Below, one piece after another: positions 1-12,354 of a stretch of 32,000 nucleotides of DNA. Source of the DNA: Candidatus Saccharimonadota bacterium (GTDB lineage: Bacteria > Pseudomonadota > Gammaproteobacteria > Enterobacterales > Enterobacteriaceae); the NCBI RefSeq assembly GCF_012571795.1, contig NZ_CP046222.1:390819-422818 (forward strand), in the 5' to 3' direction. Position numbers and translations under genes: made by a program. Position 1 is the first letter of the stretch; each line of letters starts with the position of its first letter. The notes under the pieces are model-generated. The model searched no databases. It was not told the DNA's origin and worked only from the letters and a program-made list of their open reading frames with translations.

Positions 1-413
1 TGATTTGCATATATTTTTTTTGGAAAATTATATCGACGATTAGTATGTTGTGTCATAATTGTCATATCTTGTAGATGACAATTACCTCCTTCATCACATA
101 CAGGACAATCATGTGGATGATTAATCATCATAAATTCAATAATACTTTTACGAAATTCTCTAGTTTCTATATCATATATAGAAAAACGCATACCTTCAAT
201 TGGTGCAGACATACAAGACATAACAATATGTCCTATATTATCTGAGATATTATCATATTGTTTAATTGCACATTGTCTACATGATCCTACACTACCTAAA
301 CGAGGATGCCAACAGAAATATGGTAAATTATATCCAAGTTCAAGACAAATTTTTAATAAATTATCTTTTTTATTAACATGATAAGATTTACCTTCTATAA
401 TAATATTAACCAT
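1..413 (-). CDS. nuoG: NADH-quinone oxidoreductase subunit G, N-terminal part only (gene runs off the left edge of the window)
   Basis: Absent from the ORF track because the window edge cuts it. My minus-strand translation from the ATG (complement of 411-413) reads MVNIIIEGKSYHVNKKDNLLKICLELGYNLPYFCWHPRLGSVGSCRQCAIKQ...HPHDCPVCDEGGNCHLQD. These are the 2Fe-2S and 4Fe-4S Cys motifs of the NuoG N-terminus. It lies directly downstream of nuoF in nuo operon order. Confidence 0.9.
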   Translation of the reverse strand, partial: MVNIIIEGKSYHVNKKDNLLKICLELGYNLPYFCWHPRLGSVGSCRQCAIKQYDNISDNIGHIVMSCMSAPIEGMRFSIYDIETREFRKSIIEFMMINHPHDCPVCDEGGNCHLQDMTIMTQHTNRRYNFPKKIYAN

Positions 414-501
414 AATAAAAATATTCCATAATTTTTAAAAAAAAGATTTAATATAATTTAATTAGGTATTTTATATATTTAATAGCATATAATGCTAATT
501 T

Positions 502-1800
502 TTATACATTATTTTTTATACCCTGATAAAATTCATTAGTAAAATATTTTAATGCACTTTGTAATGGTTCTATAGCTCCAGGCGCATAAGAACAAAAAGA
601 TCTACCATTAATTAACTGATTACTAATATCTTTGAGTAATGTAATATCTTTCATATGGGCTTGTTTTTTTTCTAATAAATTTAGTATTTGTACAATCCAT
701 GGTAATCCTTCTCTACAAGGTGTACATAATCCACAAGATTCTCGTGCAAAAAAACTTTCTATATTCTTTAATAAAGATATTATATTAATTTTATGATCTA
801 CTGCCATAGCAATACCTGTACCTAATCTACTACCAATATTACTAATATTTATAAAATCCATAGGTAAATCTAAATGTTTTGGTAATAAAAACCCAGTCCC
901 AGCCCCTCCTGGTTGCCAAGTTTTTAATGTAAATCCTTTTTTCATTCCATGTGCATATTTTTCTAAAATAATATATGCTTTTGTACCAAATGGCAGTTCC
1001 CATAATCCTGGATTATTAACATTGCCAGAAAAACCAAAAAGTTTTGTACCACTATCATGTGTACTATGTGATATATCTTTATACCATTGTGCGCCATGTA
1101 AAATAATACCATTAATATTACAAATAGTTTCTACATTATTAATACATGTAGGTTTCCCCCATAAACCTATTGTAGATGGATAAGGAGGTTTAAATCTAGG
1201 ATTAGCTCTTTTGCCTTCTAAAGAATTTAATAAAGCTGTTTCTTCACCACAAATATATCTACCAGCACCAGTATGTAAGAATAATTCAAAATTAAAATCA
1301 GTATTAAAAATATTATGACCTAATACACCAAAATTGTAAGCTTCTTTAATAGCTTGATTTAAAATATTAGCACACTTAATATATTCTCCTCTTAAAAAAA
1401 TATATCCTTTATTTGCTTGTATAGCAAAAGCACTAATAATCATTCCTTCAATTAATTGATGTGGTAAACTTTCTATTAGAAAACGATCTTTATAAGTACC
1501 AGGTTCCATTTCATCAGCATTGCATATAAAATAACGTATTTCATTAGTATGTTGTTTTTTAGGCATTAAATTCCATTTAATACCTGTAGGAAATCCACCA
1601 CCACCTCTGCCTTTTAAACCAGCTATTGTTATTAATTTAATAACATCTGTAGCATTCATAGTCATTAATGTTTTCTTTAAAGCTTTATAACCATCTTTTT
1701 TTATATATTCATTTAAAAATATAGTTTCTTGATTATTATTAATACGCCATGTTAATGGATGACTTTCAGGTTTATAATTATTAATATATTTATTCTTCAT
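502..1800 (-). CDS. nuoF: NADH-quinone oxidoreductase subunit F (51-kDa NADH/FMN-binding subunit)
   Basis: 432-aa ORF with motifs [16 protein letters not shown] and [12 protein letters not shown]. Its start overlaps the nuoE stop by 11 nt. Operon position is E-F-G. Confidence 0.96.
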   Translation of the reverse strand: MKNKYINNYKPESHPLTWRINNNQETIFLNEYIKKDGYKALKKTLMTMNATDVIKLITIAGLKGRGGGGFPTGIKWNLMPKKQHTNEIRYFICNADEMEPGTYKDRFLIESLPHQLIEGMIISAFAIQANKGYIFLRGEYIKCANILNQAIKEAYNFGVLGHNIFNTDFNFELFLHTGAGRYICGEETALLNSLEGKRANPRFKPPYPSTIGLWGKPTCINNVETICNINGIILHGAQWYKDISHSTHDSGTKLFGFSGNVNNPGLWELPFGTKAYIILEKYAHGMKKGFTLKTWQPGGAGTGFLLPKHLDLPMDFINISNIGSRLGTGIAMAVDHKINIISLLKNIESFFARESCGLCTPCREGLPWIVQILNLLEKKQAHMKDITLLKDISNQLINGRSFCSYAPGAIEPLQSALKYFTNEFYQGIKNNV

Positions 1801-2293
1801 TAATATAATTATCCAATATATTATTAATATTATCTATTGATATAGCAGTATATATGTTTTCATTAATCATAATCACAGGACTATTATCACAATGTCCTAA
1901 ACAACATATAGGTAATAAAGTGAATAAATTATCTTTAGTTGTTTGTCCGACATCAATTTGTAATTTTTGTTTAATATATTCTATTATTTTTAGATATCCT
2001 GTAATATAACATACAACACTATCACAATATTTAATAACATATTTACCTACTGGTAAACGAAAAATCTGACTATAAAAAGTAGCTATACTATCTATTTCAC
2101 ATACATTAATTTTTAAAATTTTAGAAATAATATTAATAATTTCATCTGAAATCCAACCATATTTTTTTTGGAAAAATATTAATAATTCAATAATAGATGC
2201 ACGATTACATTCATAATGAGTAATAATTTTATTAATTATACTCATATCTTGATTATTTAATATAATTTTTTTATTATTTTTATTTATATTCAT
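1790..2293 (-). CDS. nuoE: NADH-quinone oxidoreductase subunit E (24-kDa 2Fe-2S subunit)
   Basis: 167-aa ORF with the Cys pattern KYCDSVVC ... [10 protein letters not shown]. It lies between nuoCD and nuoF. Confidence 0.93.
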   Translation of the reverse strand: MNINKNNKKIILNNQDMSIINKIITHYECNRASIIELLIFFQKKYGWISDEIINIISKILKINVCEIDSIATFYSQIFRLPVGKYVIKYCDSVVCYITGYLKIIEYIKQKLQIDVGQTTKDNLFTLLPICCLGHCDNSPVIMINENIYTAISIDNINNILDNYINEE

Positions 2294-2299
2294 AAGATA

Positions 2300-4132
2300 T
2301 TAACGATCTACATCAGACATAACAAAATCAATACTACCTAAATAAGTAATAAGATCAGAAACTAAACTACCACGAATTACTGAAGGAATTTGTTGTAAAT
2401 GAGGGAAACTAGGTGTTCTTATTCTTGTTCTATAACTAACAGTATTATGATCACTAATTAAATAATAACTATTAATACCTTTAGTAGCTTCAATCATTTG
2501 AAAAGATTCATTCGCTTTAATTAATGGCCCCCAAGAAACTTGTATAAAATGATTAATTAGTGTATCTATATTTTGTAACATTTTACTCCTTAAAGGAGGA
2601 GTAGTTAATGGATGATCCATTTTATATGGTCCAGATGGCATATAATTTAAACATTGTTTTAAAATACGTAAACTTTGCCAAATTTCTTCAAATTTTAATA
2701 TAACTCTTGAATAACAATCACTAATATTATTGCCAATAGGAATATCAAAATCAAAATTTTCATACCCAGAATAAGGACGATTTTTACGTACATCAAAATT
2801 TAAACCAGTAGCTCTTAACCCAGCTCCAGTTATCCCCCAAGATATAGCTTCCTTTTTATTATATATAGCAATATTTTTAGATCTAGATATTAAAATACTA
2901 TTTTTTAAAGCAACTTTTTGATATGTTTGTAGTCTTTTAGGTAACCATATTAAAAATTTTTTTAATAAAATATCCCAACCTTTAGGTAAATCATTTGCTA
3001 TACCACCAATTCTAAACCATGCTGGATGCATTCTAGCACCTGTGATTGCTTCAATAATATCATATATTTTTTGTCTATCAGTAAAAATTAAAAAAATTGG
3101 TGTCATAGCACCGACATCTTGTATAAAAGTTGCTAAATATAATAAATGACTATTAATACGAAATAATTCAGATAACATTACTCTAATAACTTTAATGCGA
3201 TCCGATACAATAATATTAGCTAATTTTTCTACAGCTAAAATATATGCCATTTCATTAATACATCCACCTAAATATTCTATTCTATCTGTGTATGGGATAT
3301 AAGTATGCCAGGTTTGTCTTTCTGCAATTTTTTCAGCACCTCTATGATGATAACCTATATCAGGAAAACAATTGATAATTTCTTCACCATATAATTGTAA
3401 AATAATTCTAAAAGCACCATGTACAGAAGGATGATTAGGTCCTAAATTTAAAAACATATAGTCATATTTTTTATTATTAGTGGTTAAATTCCATTCTTTG
3501 GGATTAAATTGTGTATTATAAATATCTATGGCATATTTATTTTTTGTTAAAAAATAGTTTATATTTTCTGTAGCTCTTGCAGGATAATCTTTACGTAATG
3601 GATATCCATCATCCCAATTATTAGGTAATAACAGATGTTTAAGATGTGGATGATGTAAAAATGTTATTCCAAACATTTCCCATATTTCTCTCTCATACCA
3701 ATTTGCATTACAAAAATAGGATGTGATAGTATTAATATATAAATTATTTTTTTGTAATGGTATTTTTAAAATAATATCAGAATTGTATTCTAAAGAGATA
3801 AAATGGTAAAACAAAGAAAAATCCATATTATTATTTAATAAAGAATAAAATTTATTTTTGTGTAATCTTTCATCAACACCATGCATATCATATAACATAT
3901 TATAAGGATATTTTATTTTATATAATAATTTTATAAAATTAATTATATTTTCTGGTTTAATCCAAATAATTAATGGCATATTATTATGTTGTATATTTTG
4001 TATTATAAAATTTGTAGAACCTAATGTATTATTTAATTCTTGAATAAAAAGTTTTATGTTTTTATCTATAAAATAGTGGTTATGAGAATTATTGAAATAT
4101 TCTTTTTGAAAAGAATTTTTAGAATGTTTCAT
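2300..4132 (-). CDS. nuoC: NADH-quinone oxidoreductase fused subunit C/D
   Basis: 610-aa ORF. The N-terminal half is NuoC-like and the C-terminal half is NuoD-like ([22 protein letters not shown]-terminal DFVMSDVDR). The two are fused as in Enterobacteria. Confidence 0.96.
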   Translation of the reverse strand: MKHSKNSFQKEYFNNSHNHYFIDKNIKLFIQELNNTLGSTNFIIQNIQHNNMPLIIWIKPENIINFIKLLYKIKYPYNMLYDMHGVDERLHKNKFYSLLNNNMDFSLFYHFISLEYNSDIILKIPLQKNNLYINTITSYFCNANWYEREIWEMFGITFLHHPHLKHLLLPNNWDDGYPLRKDYPARATENINYFLTKNKYAIDIYNTQFNPKEWNLTTNNKKYDYMFLNLGPNHPSVHGAFRIILQLYGEEIINCFPDIGYHHRGAEKIAERQTWHTYIPYTDRIEYLGGCINEMAYILAVEKLANIIVSDRIKVIRVMLSELFRINSHLLYLATFIQDVGAMTPIFLIFTDRQKIYDIIEAITGARMHPAWFRIGGIANDLPKGWDILLKKFLIWLPKRLQTYQKVALKNSILISRSKNIAIYNKKEAISWGITGAGLRATGLNFDVRKNRPYSGYENFDFDIPIGNNISDCYSRVILKFEEIWQSLRILKQCLNYMPSGPYKMDHPLTTPPLRSKMLQNIDTLINHFIQVSWGPLIKANESFQMIEATKGINSYYLISDHNTVSYRTRIRTPSFPHLQQIPSVIRGSLVSDLITYLGSIDFVMSDVDR

Positions 4133-4178
4133 AAATAAAATATACCTTATTATTAATTATATTAAAATAATATTTATT

Positions 4179-4838
4179 TTATACTTGATTAGGTTTTTTA
4201 AATTTCATATTTTTTTTAAAAAAATTATTTGGAGATTTAATTTTAGCTTTATAAATTCCTTGATCTCCTATTATCCAAGACAATGGCCGACGTTCATAAT
4301 GAATAGCTTTTTGTAATAGTAATAAAGCTTGTATATATGCTTCTGGTCGTGGAGGACAACCTGGGATATAAACATCTACAGGTAAAAATTTATCTACACC
4401 TTGTACTACAGAATAAATATCATACATTCCACCAGAATTAGCACATGAACCCATAGATATTACCCATTTGGGTTCTAACATTTGATCATATAATCTTTGT
4501 ATAATAGGAGCCATTTTTAAAAAACATGTACCAGCAATTACCATAAAATCAGCTTGTCTTGGAGAAGTTCTTAATACTTCAGAACCAAAACGTGATATAT
4601 CATTAATAGATGTAAAAGATGTAGTCATTTCTACATAACAACAAGATAAACCAAAGTTAAAAGGCCATAAGGAATTTTTTCTACCCCAATTCACTAAATT
4701 ATTTGTGATTTTTTTCAAACTACCTAGAAAAATATTATTATTTACTGATTCTTTTATTGGATCATTATTAATATTTTTTTTTTCTTCTAAAGGATATTTT
4801 TTTTTATTAATATTAATTTTAGTCAAAGTATATTTCAT
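4179..4838 (-). CDS. nuoB: NADH-quinone oxidoreductase subunit B (20-kDa/PSST)
   Basis: 219-aa ORF with motifs [15 protein letters not shown] and IPGCPPRPE. Confidence 0.96.
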   Translation of the reverse strand: MKYTLTKININKKKYPLEEKKNINNDPIKESVNNNIFLGSLKKITNNLVNWGRKNSLWPFNFGLSCCYVEMTTSFTSINDISRFGSEVLRTSPRQADFMVIAGTCFLKMAPIIQRLYDQMLEPKWVISMGSCANSGGMYDIYSVVQGVDKFLPVDVYIPGCPPRPEAYIQALLLLQKAIHYERRPLSWIIGDQGIYKAKIKSPNNFFKKNMKFKKPNQV

Positions 4839-4852
4839 AATAAGTTATTTGT

Positions 4853-5233
4853 TTAAATGTTAGATTTCATATTTTTTATTTTACTTGATATATTTAAAAT
4901 ATGCATTTTAAATAAATAAAACAAACTTGTTAAAATTGTTAGTATAAATAATATACCTACTATAAAACCTTCAAATTTAATTTTTTTAATACTTACAGAC
5001 CATATATATAAATATAATGTTTCAATATCAAAAATTACAAAAAATATTGCTACTAAAAAAAAATTAATGGCTATTCTAAGTTTAGTATTACTAAATGCAT
5101 ATGCCCCAGATTCAAAGGGTATATTTTTGTCTATACCATATGAACGTCCTCCTAAACACCATGATAATAATAATATTAAAATACTAATTATGATAGTAAT
5201 TGATGTAAATATTACAAAATTATTTATTTTCAT
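4853..5233 (-). CDS. nuoA: NADH-quinone oxidoreductase subunit A
   Basis: 126-aa hydrophobic ORF with about three TM segments, first in the nuo cluster. The call rests mainly on position and hydrophobic profile, plus the PFESG-like loop (IPFESGAY). Confidence 0.85.
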   Translation of the reverse strand: MKINNFVIFTSITIIISILILLLSWCLGGRSYGIDKNIPFESGAYAFSNTKLRIAINFFLVAIFFVIFDIETLYLYIWSVSIKKIKFEGFIVGILFILTILTSLFYLFKMHILNISSKIKNMKSNI

Positions 5234-5264
5234 TATAATTAATGTTTTTTTAAAAATGATTATA

Positions 5265-6569
5265 TTAATTTATAGATATATATTTTTGTTGTAAAAATTT
5301 TTTAAAAGTATTAAAATTTTTAGATAAAATATAAGATTTATTTTTTTTATTTACACAATTAGATAAAATTTGTGGTAATAAAATATTTTGTTTTAAAATT
5401 TTTAATATATATTTTTGAAATTTTGCAGGATGAGCAGTACCTAAAAATATATTAAATATTTCTTTATTATAAGTATGATGTTTTAATGCATTAAAACTTA
5501 CAGCAGTATGTGGTTCAGAAATATATTTATATTTTTGATATAAATATATTATAGCATTAGTTGTATCTACATCATTAATAGATATAGATTTTAACATACT
5601 TAAATCCCAATTATTTTGATGAAAAATTTCCATAATTCTTGGCCAATTATTAGGACAACTTACATCCATAGCATTAGATAATGTTGTTATTGTTTTCTTA
5701 GGATTCCAATGACCATTATTTAAATAATTTACTATTGTATTATTAGCATTAGTAGCTGCAATAAAATAATTAATAGGTAATCCCATTGTTTTAGCCATTA
5801 ATCCTGCTGTCAAATTGCCAAAATTACCACTTGGAACTGAAATAATAACTTTTTTATATTTATATTTTTTAGGAATTTGTTTATACGCTTCAAAATAATA
5901 GCATATTTGTGCAAGTAAACGACTAATATTAATAGAATTAGCAGAATTTAATTTTAATTCTTGTTTTAAAACAATATCATTAAAAGCTTGCTTGACTAAA
6001 TTTTGACAATCATCAAAATTACCTTCAATAGCAATAGTTGTAATGTTTTTCCCTAAAGTACAAAATAATTGTTCTTGTAAAAAAACAATTCTATTTTTTG
6101 GATATAAAATAATTACTTCAATGTTAGGAATATTATAAAAAGCATGTGCAACAGCAGCTCCGGTATCACCTGAAGTTGCTATTAAAATAGTTATTTTGTC
6201 TTTTGAATAAAAAAATTGTAATATTTGTGCCATAAAACGAGCACCAAAATCCTTAAAAGCTAAAGTAGGTCCATGATATAATTCTAGACAAGCAAGATTA
6301 TTATCTAATAAAACTAATGGTACTAAAAAATTAAAACATTTTTTTATTATTTTTGTTAAATCATCTATTGATATATCTTTAATAAAATATGATAGTATTT
6401 TACTACTACAATCAACAAAATTTAAATTTAATAATTGTAATATATCTTTATCTTGTAATTTAGGCATATAACAAGGAAAAAATAATCCTTGTTTATTTCC
6501 TAAACCTTTTTTTAGTGCTTCTACAAAACTTACTTGTTCCTTATTATAATTAATATTGAAAAATTTCAT
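5265..6569 (-). CDS. thrC: Threonine synthase
   Basis: 434-aa ORF with PLP-enzyme motifs HGPTLAFKDFGARF, SGDTGAA and SGNFGN. Its start overlaps the thrB stop by 1 nt (TAATG). Confidence 0.95.
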   Translation of the reverse strand: MKFFNINYNKEQVSFVEALKKGLGNKQGLFFPCYMPKLQDKDILQLLNLNFVDCSSKILSYFIKDISIDDLTKIIKKCFNFLVPLVLLDNNLACLELYHGPTLAFKDFGARFMAQILQFFYSKDKITILIATSGDTGAAVAHAFYNIPNIEVIILYPKNRIVFLQEQLFCTLGKNITTIAIEGNFDDCQNLVKQAFNDIVLKQELKLNSANSINISRLLAQICYYFEAYKQIPKKYKYKKVIISVPSGNFGNLTAGLMAKTMGLPINYFIAATNANNTIVNYLNNGHWNPKKTITTLSNAMDVSCPNNWPRIMEIFHQNNWDLSMLKSISINDVDTTNAIIYLYQKYKYISEPHTAVSFNALKHHTYNKEIFNIFLGTAHPAKFQKYILKILKQNILLPQILSNCVNKKNKSYILSKNFNTFKKFLQQKYISIN

Positions 6570-7507
6570 TATGTCTCCATATCCATAACTATAGTACCTA
6601 TTGTATTAATTACACAAATATACACAAAACCTTTATGATTTTTTATATAATGATGTTCTAACCATTTTACCATATTTTGTGCATGTACTAGATTATTAAA
6701 TATATAAAATAAAGTTGGCCCAGAACCTGCAATTCCATAATTTAATGAACCTAATTCTTGTGCTTTATTAATAACTTGATCAAACTCAGGAATAATTTTT
6801 TTTCTATATGGTTCAGCAATAAAATCTTTCATTAATTTTAATGCTAATTTTTCTTGTTTAATATGACTAGCATGTATAAAACCAGATAAATATTGACTAT
6901 GTTTTATACATACATCTCTCTTATAATAGTTAGGTAAAATTTTTCTTGAATTATATGTTGATAATTCAACCCCAGGATATGCAATAACCCAAAACCAATT
7001 TTTAAAAAAAGGAATATTTTGAATATTAATATCGTCCATAATTAATATTAATTTCATACCACCTAAATAACATGGAACAATATTATCATAATGGATATTA
7101 CCTGAAAATAATCCCTCTAATTCACCCATTAACATAATTAGTTCATTATGATTTAAAGGATTATTACAAAATATATTTATAGCTTTTAAAAAAGCTACAA
7201 TAGAGCACGCACTAGAACCTAATCCAGAACTTATAGGAACATTTTTTTCTAAAATTACTTTTACTGGTATAGTTTTGTTAATTTTTTTACAAAATTTTAA
7301 CCAACAATGAAAAATAATATTATTTTTATAATGTTTAGGCAAATCTTTAACAAAAGATCCAGTTTGTATTAATTCAAATTTTTTATTAGGTAAAATAGAA
7401 ATATAATCTCCTAATATACCATTATCTAATCTATGTAAAGCAATTCCTAAAGAATCAAAACCAACATTAATATTACCAATAGATGCAGGAGCATAAACTT
7501 TAATCAT
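6569..7507 (-). CDS. thrB: Homoserine kinase
   Basis: 312-aa ORF. The N-terminus MIKVYAPASIGNINVGFD and the GHMP-kinase motif PISSGLGSSACS match ThrB. It lies between thrA and thrC. Confidence 0.95.
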   Translation of the reverse strand: MIKVYAPASIGNINVGFDSLGIALHRLDNGILGDYISILPNKKFELIQTGSFVKDLPKHYKNNIIFHCWLKFCKKINKTIPVKVILEKNVPISSGLGSSACSIVAFLKAINIFCNNPLNHNELIMLMGELEGLFSGNIHYDNIVPCYLGGMKLILIMDDINIQNIPFFKNWFWVIAYPGVELSTYNSRKILPNYYKRDVCIKHSQYLSGFIHASHIKQEKLALKLMKDFIAEPYRKKIIPEFDQVINKAQELGSLNYGIAGSGPTLFYIFNNLVHAQNMVKWLEHHYIKNHKGFVYICVINTIGTIVMDMET

Positions 7508-7525
7508 TATATAAAATTCCTTGTT

Positions 7526-9979
7526 TTATACAGTATAAATACTTAATAAATCTGTTAAAATTCCTGCTGCTGTTACATTTTTACCTGCGCCATAACCTCT
7601 TAATATTAAAGGTAATGGTTGATAATAATTACTATAAAAAATAAAAGCATTTTCTCCATTTTTAATTTCAAATAAAGGATGTGTAATATCTACACTTAAT
7701 ATTTTAACTTGACATATTCCTTGATGATCTATACTACCGACATAACGTAATACTTGATTTTTTAATTTAGCTTTTTTTATTTTTTGAATAAAAATTTGAT
7801 CAATTTGCAATAAATTTTGTTCAAAATCTTGAATTGAATTATTATTAATATTATTAATTACAGGTTCAATATTAATATCTTTTAATTCTATCTGTAACCC
7901 TATTTCTCTTGCTAAAATTAATAATTTTCTAGCTACATCTATACCAGATAAATCAATACGTGGATCTGGTTCTGTAAATCCCATTTTTTTTGCTGTTTTT
8001 ACTGCTTGCGATAATAACATACCTTCTTCTAATTTCCCAAAAATAAATGATAAAGAACCAGATAAAATACCATAAAATTTTATTATTTTATCACCTATTT
8101 GTAATAAATTTTGTAAGGTTTTAATAACAGGTAATCCTGCTCCAACATTAGTTTCATATAAAAAATATTTTTTTGTTTGATACGTAATACTACGAATTTT
8201 TTTATAATATTTTAATGTAGATGTATTAGCTTTTTTATTAGTAGCTACTATATGTAATCCAATATCTAAAAAATTAATATAATTATTTGCTATTGTTTGA
8301 GATGATGTGCAATCTATAATAACTGGATTATATAACTTATACTGTTTTATAATTACTAATAGTTTGTCAATACTAAATGTTGGTGCATGTAATATTAATT
8401 TTTCCCATTGATTTAAATTGATTCCATTTAAATCTATGAGTGTATGTTTCGTATTTATAATACCGCAAATTTTTATTCTAACACAATTATTATAAATATA
8501 TAAATTTTTATGTTGTATATTTTTTATTTGATATAATAAAGTTTTACCAATATTACCAGTACCAATAATAAATACTTCTAAGATTTTTTGATATTCAAAA
8601 ACTATGTGATGAATTAATTTTAATAAATATTTATTATTTTGATTTTTTATAATAAAAGAAATAAAATTTTGAGAAAAATTATGAGAAATATCTAATATAG
8701 AAATTTTATTTATCATAAATAATTTATATAAATTATTTATGATATTAATATTATTATTAATATTATTACCAACTAAAGAAACTATAGATAATGATTTTTT
8801 TATTATAATAGGTTGCAATAGTTTATTAATAAATTCCTTATGTAATTCTTGTTGTAGTATTTTTTTAAAAGTATCATAATAATTATAAGATATACAAATA
8901 TTAATATTTAAGGGGCTAAAAGATTGTGTAATAAAATATATAGGTATATTAGATTTAAATATAATGAAATAAATTTTGTTTATAATATCATTTATATTTT
9001 TATTAATAATACTGTTAATATTAATAATTAATACATTATTAATTATTGTAATACCTTTAATATCATATTGATTTTCATTAATATTATTACTAATAATAGT
9101 TCCCTTATTATTAGGGAACATAGTATTTTTGATTATACAAGGTATACTATTTATTAATAATGGAAATATAGTTTTAAAATGTAAAATTTTAGCACCTAAA
9201 TAAGATAATGTTAAAGCTTCATTATATGATAAATATTTTAATAATTTAGCATTTAATATAACATTAGGATCTGCAGTATAAATACCATTAACATCAGTCC
9301 AAATTTCACAATATTTAGCATTTAAACATGCTGATAAAATTGATGCTGAATAATCAGATCCATTTCTACCCAATAATACAACTTCATTTTTTTTATTGAT
9401 AACAGAAAAACCTACCATTAAAATAATATCAATATTAGATAATTTAATACTTTTAGTTTGTTTTATAGATTGTTGAATATTTATTGTTGCTGATTGATAA
9501 TTATTATCATCATCTAACGATAATAATTGTGTAGGGAAAATATATAATTTATATCCTATATTTAATAGTAATTCTTCAAATATAATAATAGAAAATATTT
9601 CTCCTTGAGATAAAATTTCTGCATATAATTTATCAGAACAATTTTGTACAGAAGAAATATTATTTAATATATTTTTTATATTAATAAAAATAAGATTTAC
9701 TCTATTATTTATTTTAAAAATATTAAAATTTTTTATATATTTTTTTAAATCAGTTATAATTTGTATAATTAATTTATTTGTATCTATTAATAAATTATTA
9801 AAATTTTCTGATTTAATAGCTTTTTGTATCATTAATTCTAAATTATTTGTAACAGTTGCTGGCGCGGATAATACTACTCCTATAGCACCATTTTTTACAG
9901 ATGTATTAATAATATCAACAACTAACAGAATTTTTTTTGCATTAGCTAAAGATGTTCCACCGAATTTTAATATTCGCAT
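7526..9979 (-). CDS. thrA: Bifunctional aspartokinase I / homoserine dehydrogenase I
   Basis: 817-aa ORF with the aspartokinase N-terminus MRILKFGGTSLAN. The centre is a very N/I-rich, ACT-like region. The C-terminal homoserine dehydrogenase half carries FIIGTGNIGKT. It is collinear with E. coli ThrA. Confidence 0.95.
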   Translation of the reverse strand: MRILKFGGTSLANAKKILLVVDIINTSVKNGAIGVVLSAPATVTNNLELMIQKAIKSENFNNLLIDTNKLIIQIITDLKKYIKNFNIFKINNRVNLIFINIKNILNNISSVQNCSDKLYAEILSQGEIFSIIIFEELLLNIGYKLYIFPTQLLSLDDDNNYQSATINIQQSIKQTKSIKLSNIDIILMVGFSVINKKNEVVLLGRNGSDYSASILSACLNAKYCEIWTDVNGIYTADPNVILNAKLLKYLSYNEALTLSYLGAKILHFKTIFPLLINSIPCIIKNTMFPNNKGTIISNNINENQYDIKGITIINNVLIININSIINKNINDIINKIYFIIFKSNIPIYFITQSFSPLNINICISYNYYDTFKKILQQELHKEFINKLLQPIIIKKSLSIVSLVGNNINNNINIINNLYKLFMINKISILDISHNFSQNFISFIIKNQNNKYLLKLIHHIVFEYQKILEVFIIGTGNIGKTLLYQIKNIQHKNLYIYNNCVRIKICGIINTKHTLIDLNGINLNQWEKLILHAPTFSIDKLLVIIKQYKLYNPVIIDCTSSQTIANNYINFLDIGLHIVATNKKANTSTLKYYKKIRSITYQTKKYFLYETNVGAGLPVIKTLQNLLQIGDKIIKFYGILSGSLSFIFGKLEEGMLLSQAVKTAKKMGFTEPDPRIDLSGIDVARKLLILAREIGLQIELKDINIEPVINNINNNSIQDFEQNLLQIDQIFIQKIKKAKLKNQVLRYVGSIDHQGICQVKILSVDITHPLFEIKNGENAFIFYSNYYQPLPLILRGYGAGKNVTAAGILTDLLSIYTV

Positions 9980-10101
9980 TTTATTTTATCTCATTATATA
10001 TTATAAGTTATATAAGATATCTAAAATATAGATCATTATAAAAAATAAAGTATATTATAACTTATATTTTTACAACATTATTATACAGTTTTAATAAATA
10101 A

Positions 10102-12354
10102 TTATTCTTTAATATAAGTATTATGGATAATATTATTAATATTATATTTATTTAATGAAAAACCTGTATGACCTCTATTAGAATGAAATTTTTTTAAATC
10201 TTTAAAATTTAATTTAAATATATTTGTACTAGTATGTATATATACAATAGACTGTTGATTAATTAAATAAATCCACTTTACTTGTTCAAATTTATTTATA
10301 AAAGATTTTTTATCTATTGTAATTAATTTATTTCCTCTACCTTTAGATAATAAAGGTATATCTTTTATAGATAATAATAATAATTTTCCTGTAGAAGATA
10401 TAATTAATATATATATATATATATTATTGATAATTAAAGGAGATAAAATTTGAGCATTTTCTGTTAATATTATTAATAATTTACCATTTCTATTACTAGC
10501 AATTAAATCACGAAATTTACAAATAAAACCATATCCTGCATTAGTAAATAGTAAAATTTGAGTATCTAAAGATTCCATTATTAAATATTTAATTGTAGAT
10601 CCTTCTGGGATATATATTTTACCATTTAAAGGTTCTCCTTGACTACGTGCCGGTGGCAAAGAATTAGGATCTATACTATAACTTCTGCCTTTTGAATCAA
10701 TCATTGCAATAATTTGATTTTTTTTACCTTTTACTGATAAGAAAAAATTGTCTCCAGACTTATAATTTAAATTACTTGGATCTATAGTATGTCCTTTTGC
10801 ACACCTAATCCAACCCATTTTAGATAAAATGATTGTAATAGGTTCATCTGTAACTAATTGATTATCATTTAATATTTTAGCTTCTTTACTTTCTTTTAAT
10901 AATGAACGACGTTTATTACTATAGAATGTGGTAGCTAATAATATTTCTTTTTTTAATAATACATTTAATTTTTTTGCAGATATTAGTGTTTTTTGTATAT
11001 TATTAAATTTTATTATTAATTTTTTTTGTTCATTTAATAATTTTTGTTCTTCTAATAATGAAATAGAACGTAATTTAAAATTTAATAATGTTTCGATTTG
11101 TAATTCTGAAAAATTAAATTTATGTTTAATAATTTGTGCAGGATTATCATTAAAACGAATAATATTAATAAATTCTGTTAAATTTAAATAAACTATTAAT
11201 AATCCTTTTATAATATGTAATTTTTTTTTTAATTTTTTTAAATAAAAATTTAATCTTCTTTTAATAATAATACGTCTAAATGTAATCCATTCATTTAAGA
11301 TTTCTAATAAATTTTTTACTGCAGGTTTATTATTTAAACCAATCATATTTAAATTAATACGATAACTTTTTTCTAAATCAGTAATACAAAATAGATGATA
11401 CATAATATCTTCTATATTTAAATAATTAAAATTATTGCGAATGATAATAACAATTCTTGTCGGATTTTCGTAGTCTGATTCATCCCTAACTTCTTCAATC
11501 ATAGGTAATTTTTTATTACGAATATGTGTATTAATTTGTTCAATAATACGTATACCAGAAACTTGATGAGGTAATGCTGTAATAATAATATTATTATTAA
11601 TTGTATGCCATACAGCACGTAATCTAATAGAACCTTTACCATTTTCATATATTTTAAATATTTCTTTTTTAGGAGTAATAATTTCACTTCCTGTAGGAAA
11701 ATCTGGTCCTTGAATAATATTTAATATATCTTTTAATGTAATTTTTGGATTATCTATTAATTTTATTATAGCATCTGCTACTTCTTTGATATTATGTGGA
11801 GGTATATCTGTTGCCATTCCAACTGCAATACCATTAGCACCATTTAATATAATATTTGGTAAACATGCTGGTAATATTTTAGGTTCTAATAATGTACCAT
11901 CAAAATTTGGAATATAATCTACAGTACCTTGTTCAATTTCATTTAATAATAAATCTGAATATTTAGAAAGACGTGATTCAGTATATCGCATAGCTGCAAA
12001 AGATTTAGGATCATCAGGTGTTCCCCAATTGCCTTGACCCTCTATTAATGGATATCTGTAAGAAAAAGATTGTGCCATTAAAACCATTGCTTCATAACAA
12101 GCTACATCTCCATGAGGATGATATTTGCCAATAACATCTCCTATAGTTCGTGCTGATTTTTTGAATTTAGATATAGATTTTAATCCTAATTCAGACATAG
12201 CATATATTACTCTTCTTTGTACTGGTTTTAATCCATCACCAATATGTGGTAATGCTCTATCTGTAATAACATAAATAGAATAATTTAAATAAGCATATTC
12301 TGCAAATTTATGTAATGATATAGTTTTATTTACATTATTTTTTTTTTTATCCAT
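10102..12354 (-). CDS. parC: DNA topoisomerase IV subunit A
   Basis: 750-aa ORF with [52 protein letters not shown] and the catalytic-Tyr context [13 protein letters not shown]. It is collinear with E. coli ParC along its whole length, and its size fits ParC rather than GyrA. Confidence 0.92.
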   Translation of the reverse strand: MDKKKNNVNKTISLHKFAEYAYLNYSIYVITDRALPHIGDGLKPVQRRVIYAMSELGLKSISKFKKSARTIGDVIGKYHPHGDVACYEAMVLMAQSFSYRYPLIEGQGNWGTPDDPKSFAAMRYTESRLSKYSDLLLNEIEQGTVDYIPNFDGTLLEPKILPACLPNIILNGANGIAVGMATDIPPHNIKEVADAIIKLIDNPKITLKDILNIIQGPDFPTGSEIITPKKEIFKIYENGKGSIRLRAVWHTINNNIIITALPHQVSGIRIIEQINTHIRNKKLPMIEEVRDESDYENPTRIVIIIRNNFNYLNIEDIMYHLFCITDLEKSYRINLNMIGLNNKPAVKNLLEILNEWITFRRIIIKRRLNFYLKKLKKKLHIIKGLLIVYLNLTEFINIIRFNDNPAQIIKHKFNFSELQIETLLNFKLRSISLLEEQKLLNEQKKLIIKFNNIQKTLISAKKLNVLLKKEILLATTFYSNKRRSLLKESKEAKILNDNQLVTDEPITIILSKMGWIRCAKGHTIDPSNLNYKSGDNFFLSVKGKKNQIIAMIDSKGRSYSIDPNSLPPARSQGEPLNGKIYIPEGSTIKYLIMESLDTQILLFTNAGYGFICKFRDLIASNRNGKLLIILTENAQILSPLIINNIYIYILIISSTGKLLLLSIKDIPLLSKGRGNKLITIDKKSFINKFEQVKWIYLINQQSIVYIHTSTNIFKLNFKDLKKFHSNRGHTGFSLNKYNINNIIHNTYIKE

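Noticed and set aside
5067-5294. 75-aa plus-strand ORF spanning the nuoA/thrC junction
   Set aside because: It is antisense to two well-supported genes, has low-complexity I/L/N/K composition, and shows no recognisable motif or ribosome-binding site.
10002-10066. 11-bp inverted repeat TATAAGTTATA / TATAACTTATA downstream of parC and upstream of thrA
   Set aside because: The 43-nt loop and the lack of a flanking U-run make it a poor terminator, and it is plausibly chance.
10928-11687. Two track ORFs inside parC: 87 aa on the plus strand (10928-11191) and 62 aa in an alternative minus-strand frame (11499-11687)
   Set aside because: Both are fully embedded in the conserved parC frame. They are low-complexity and have no homology I can recognise.
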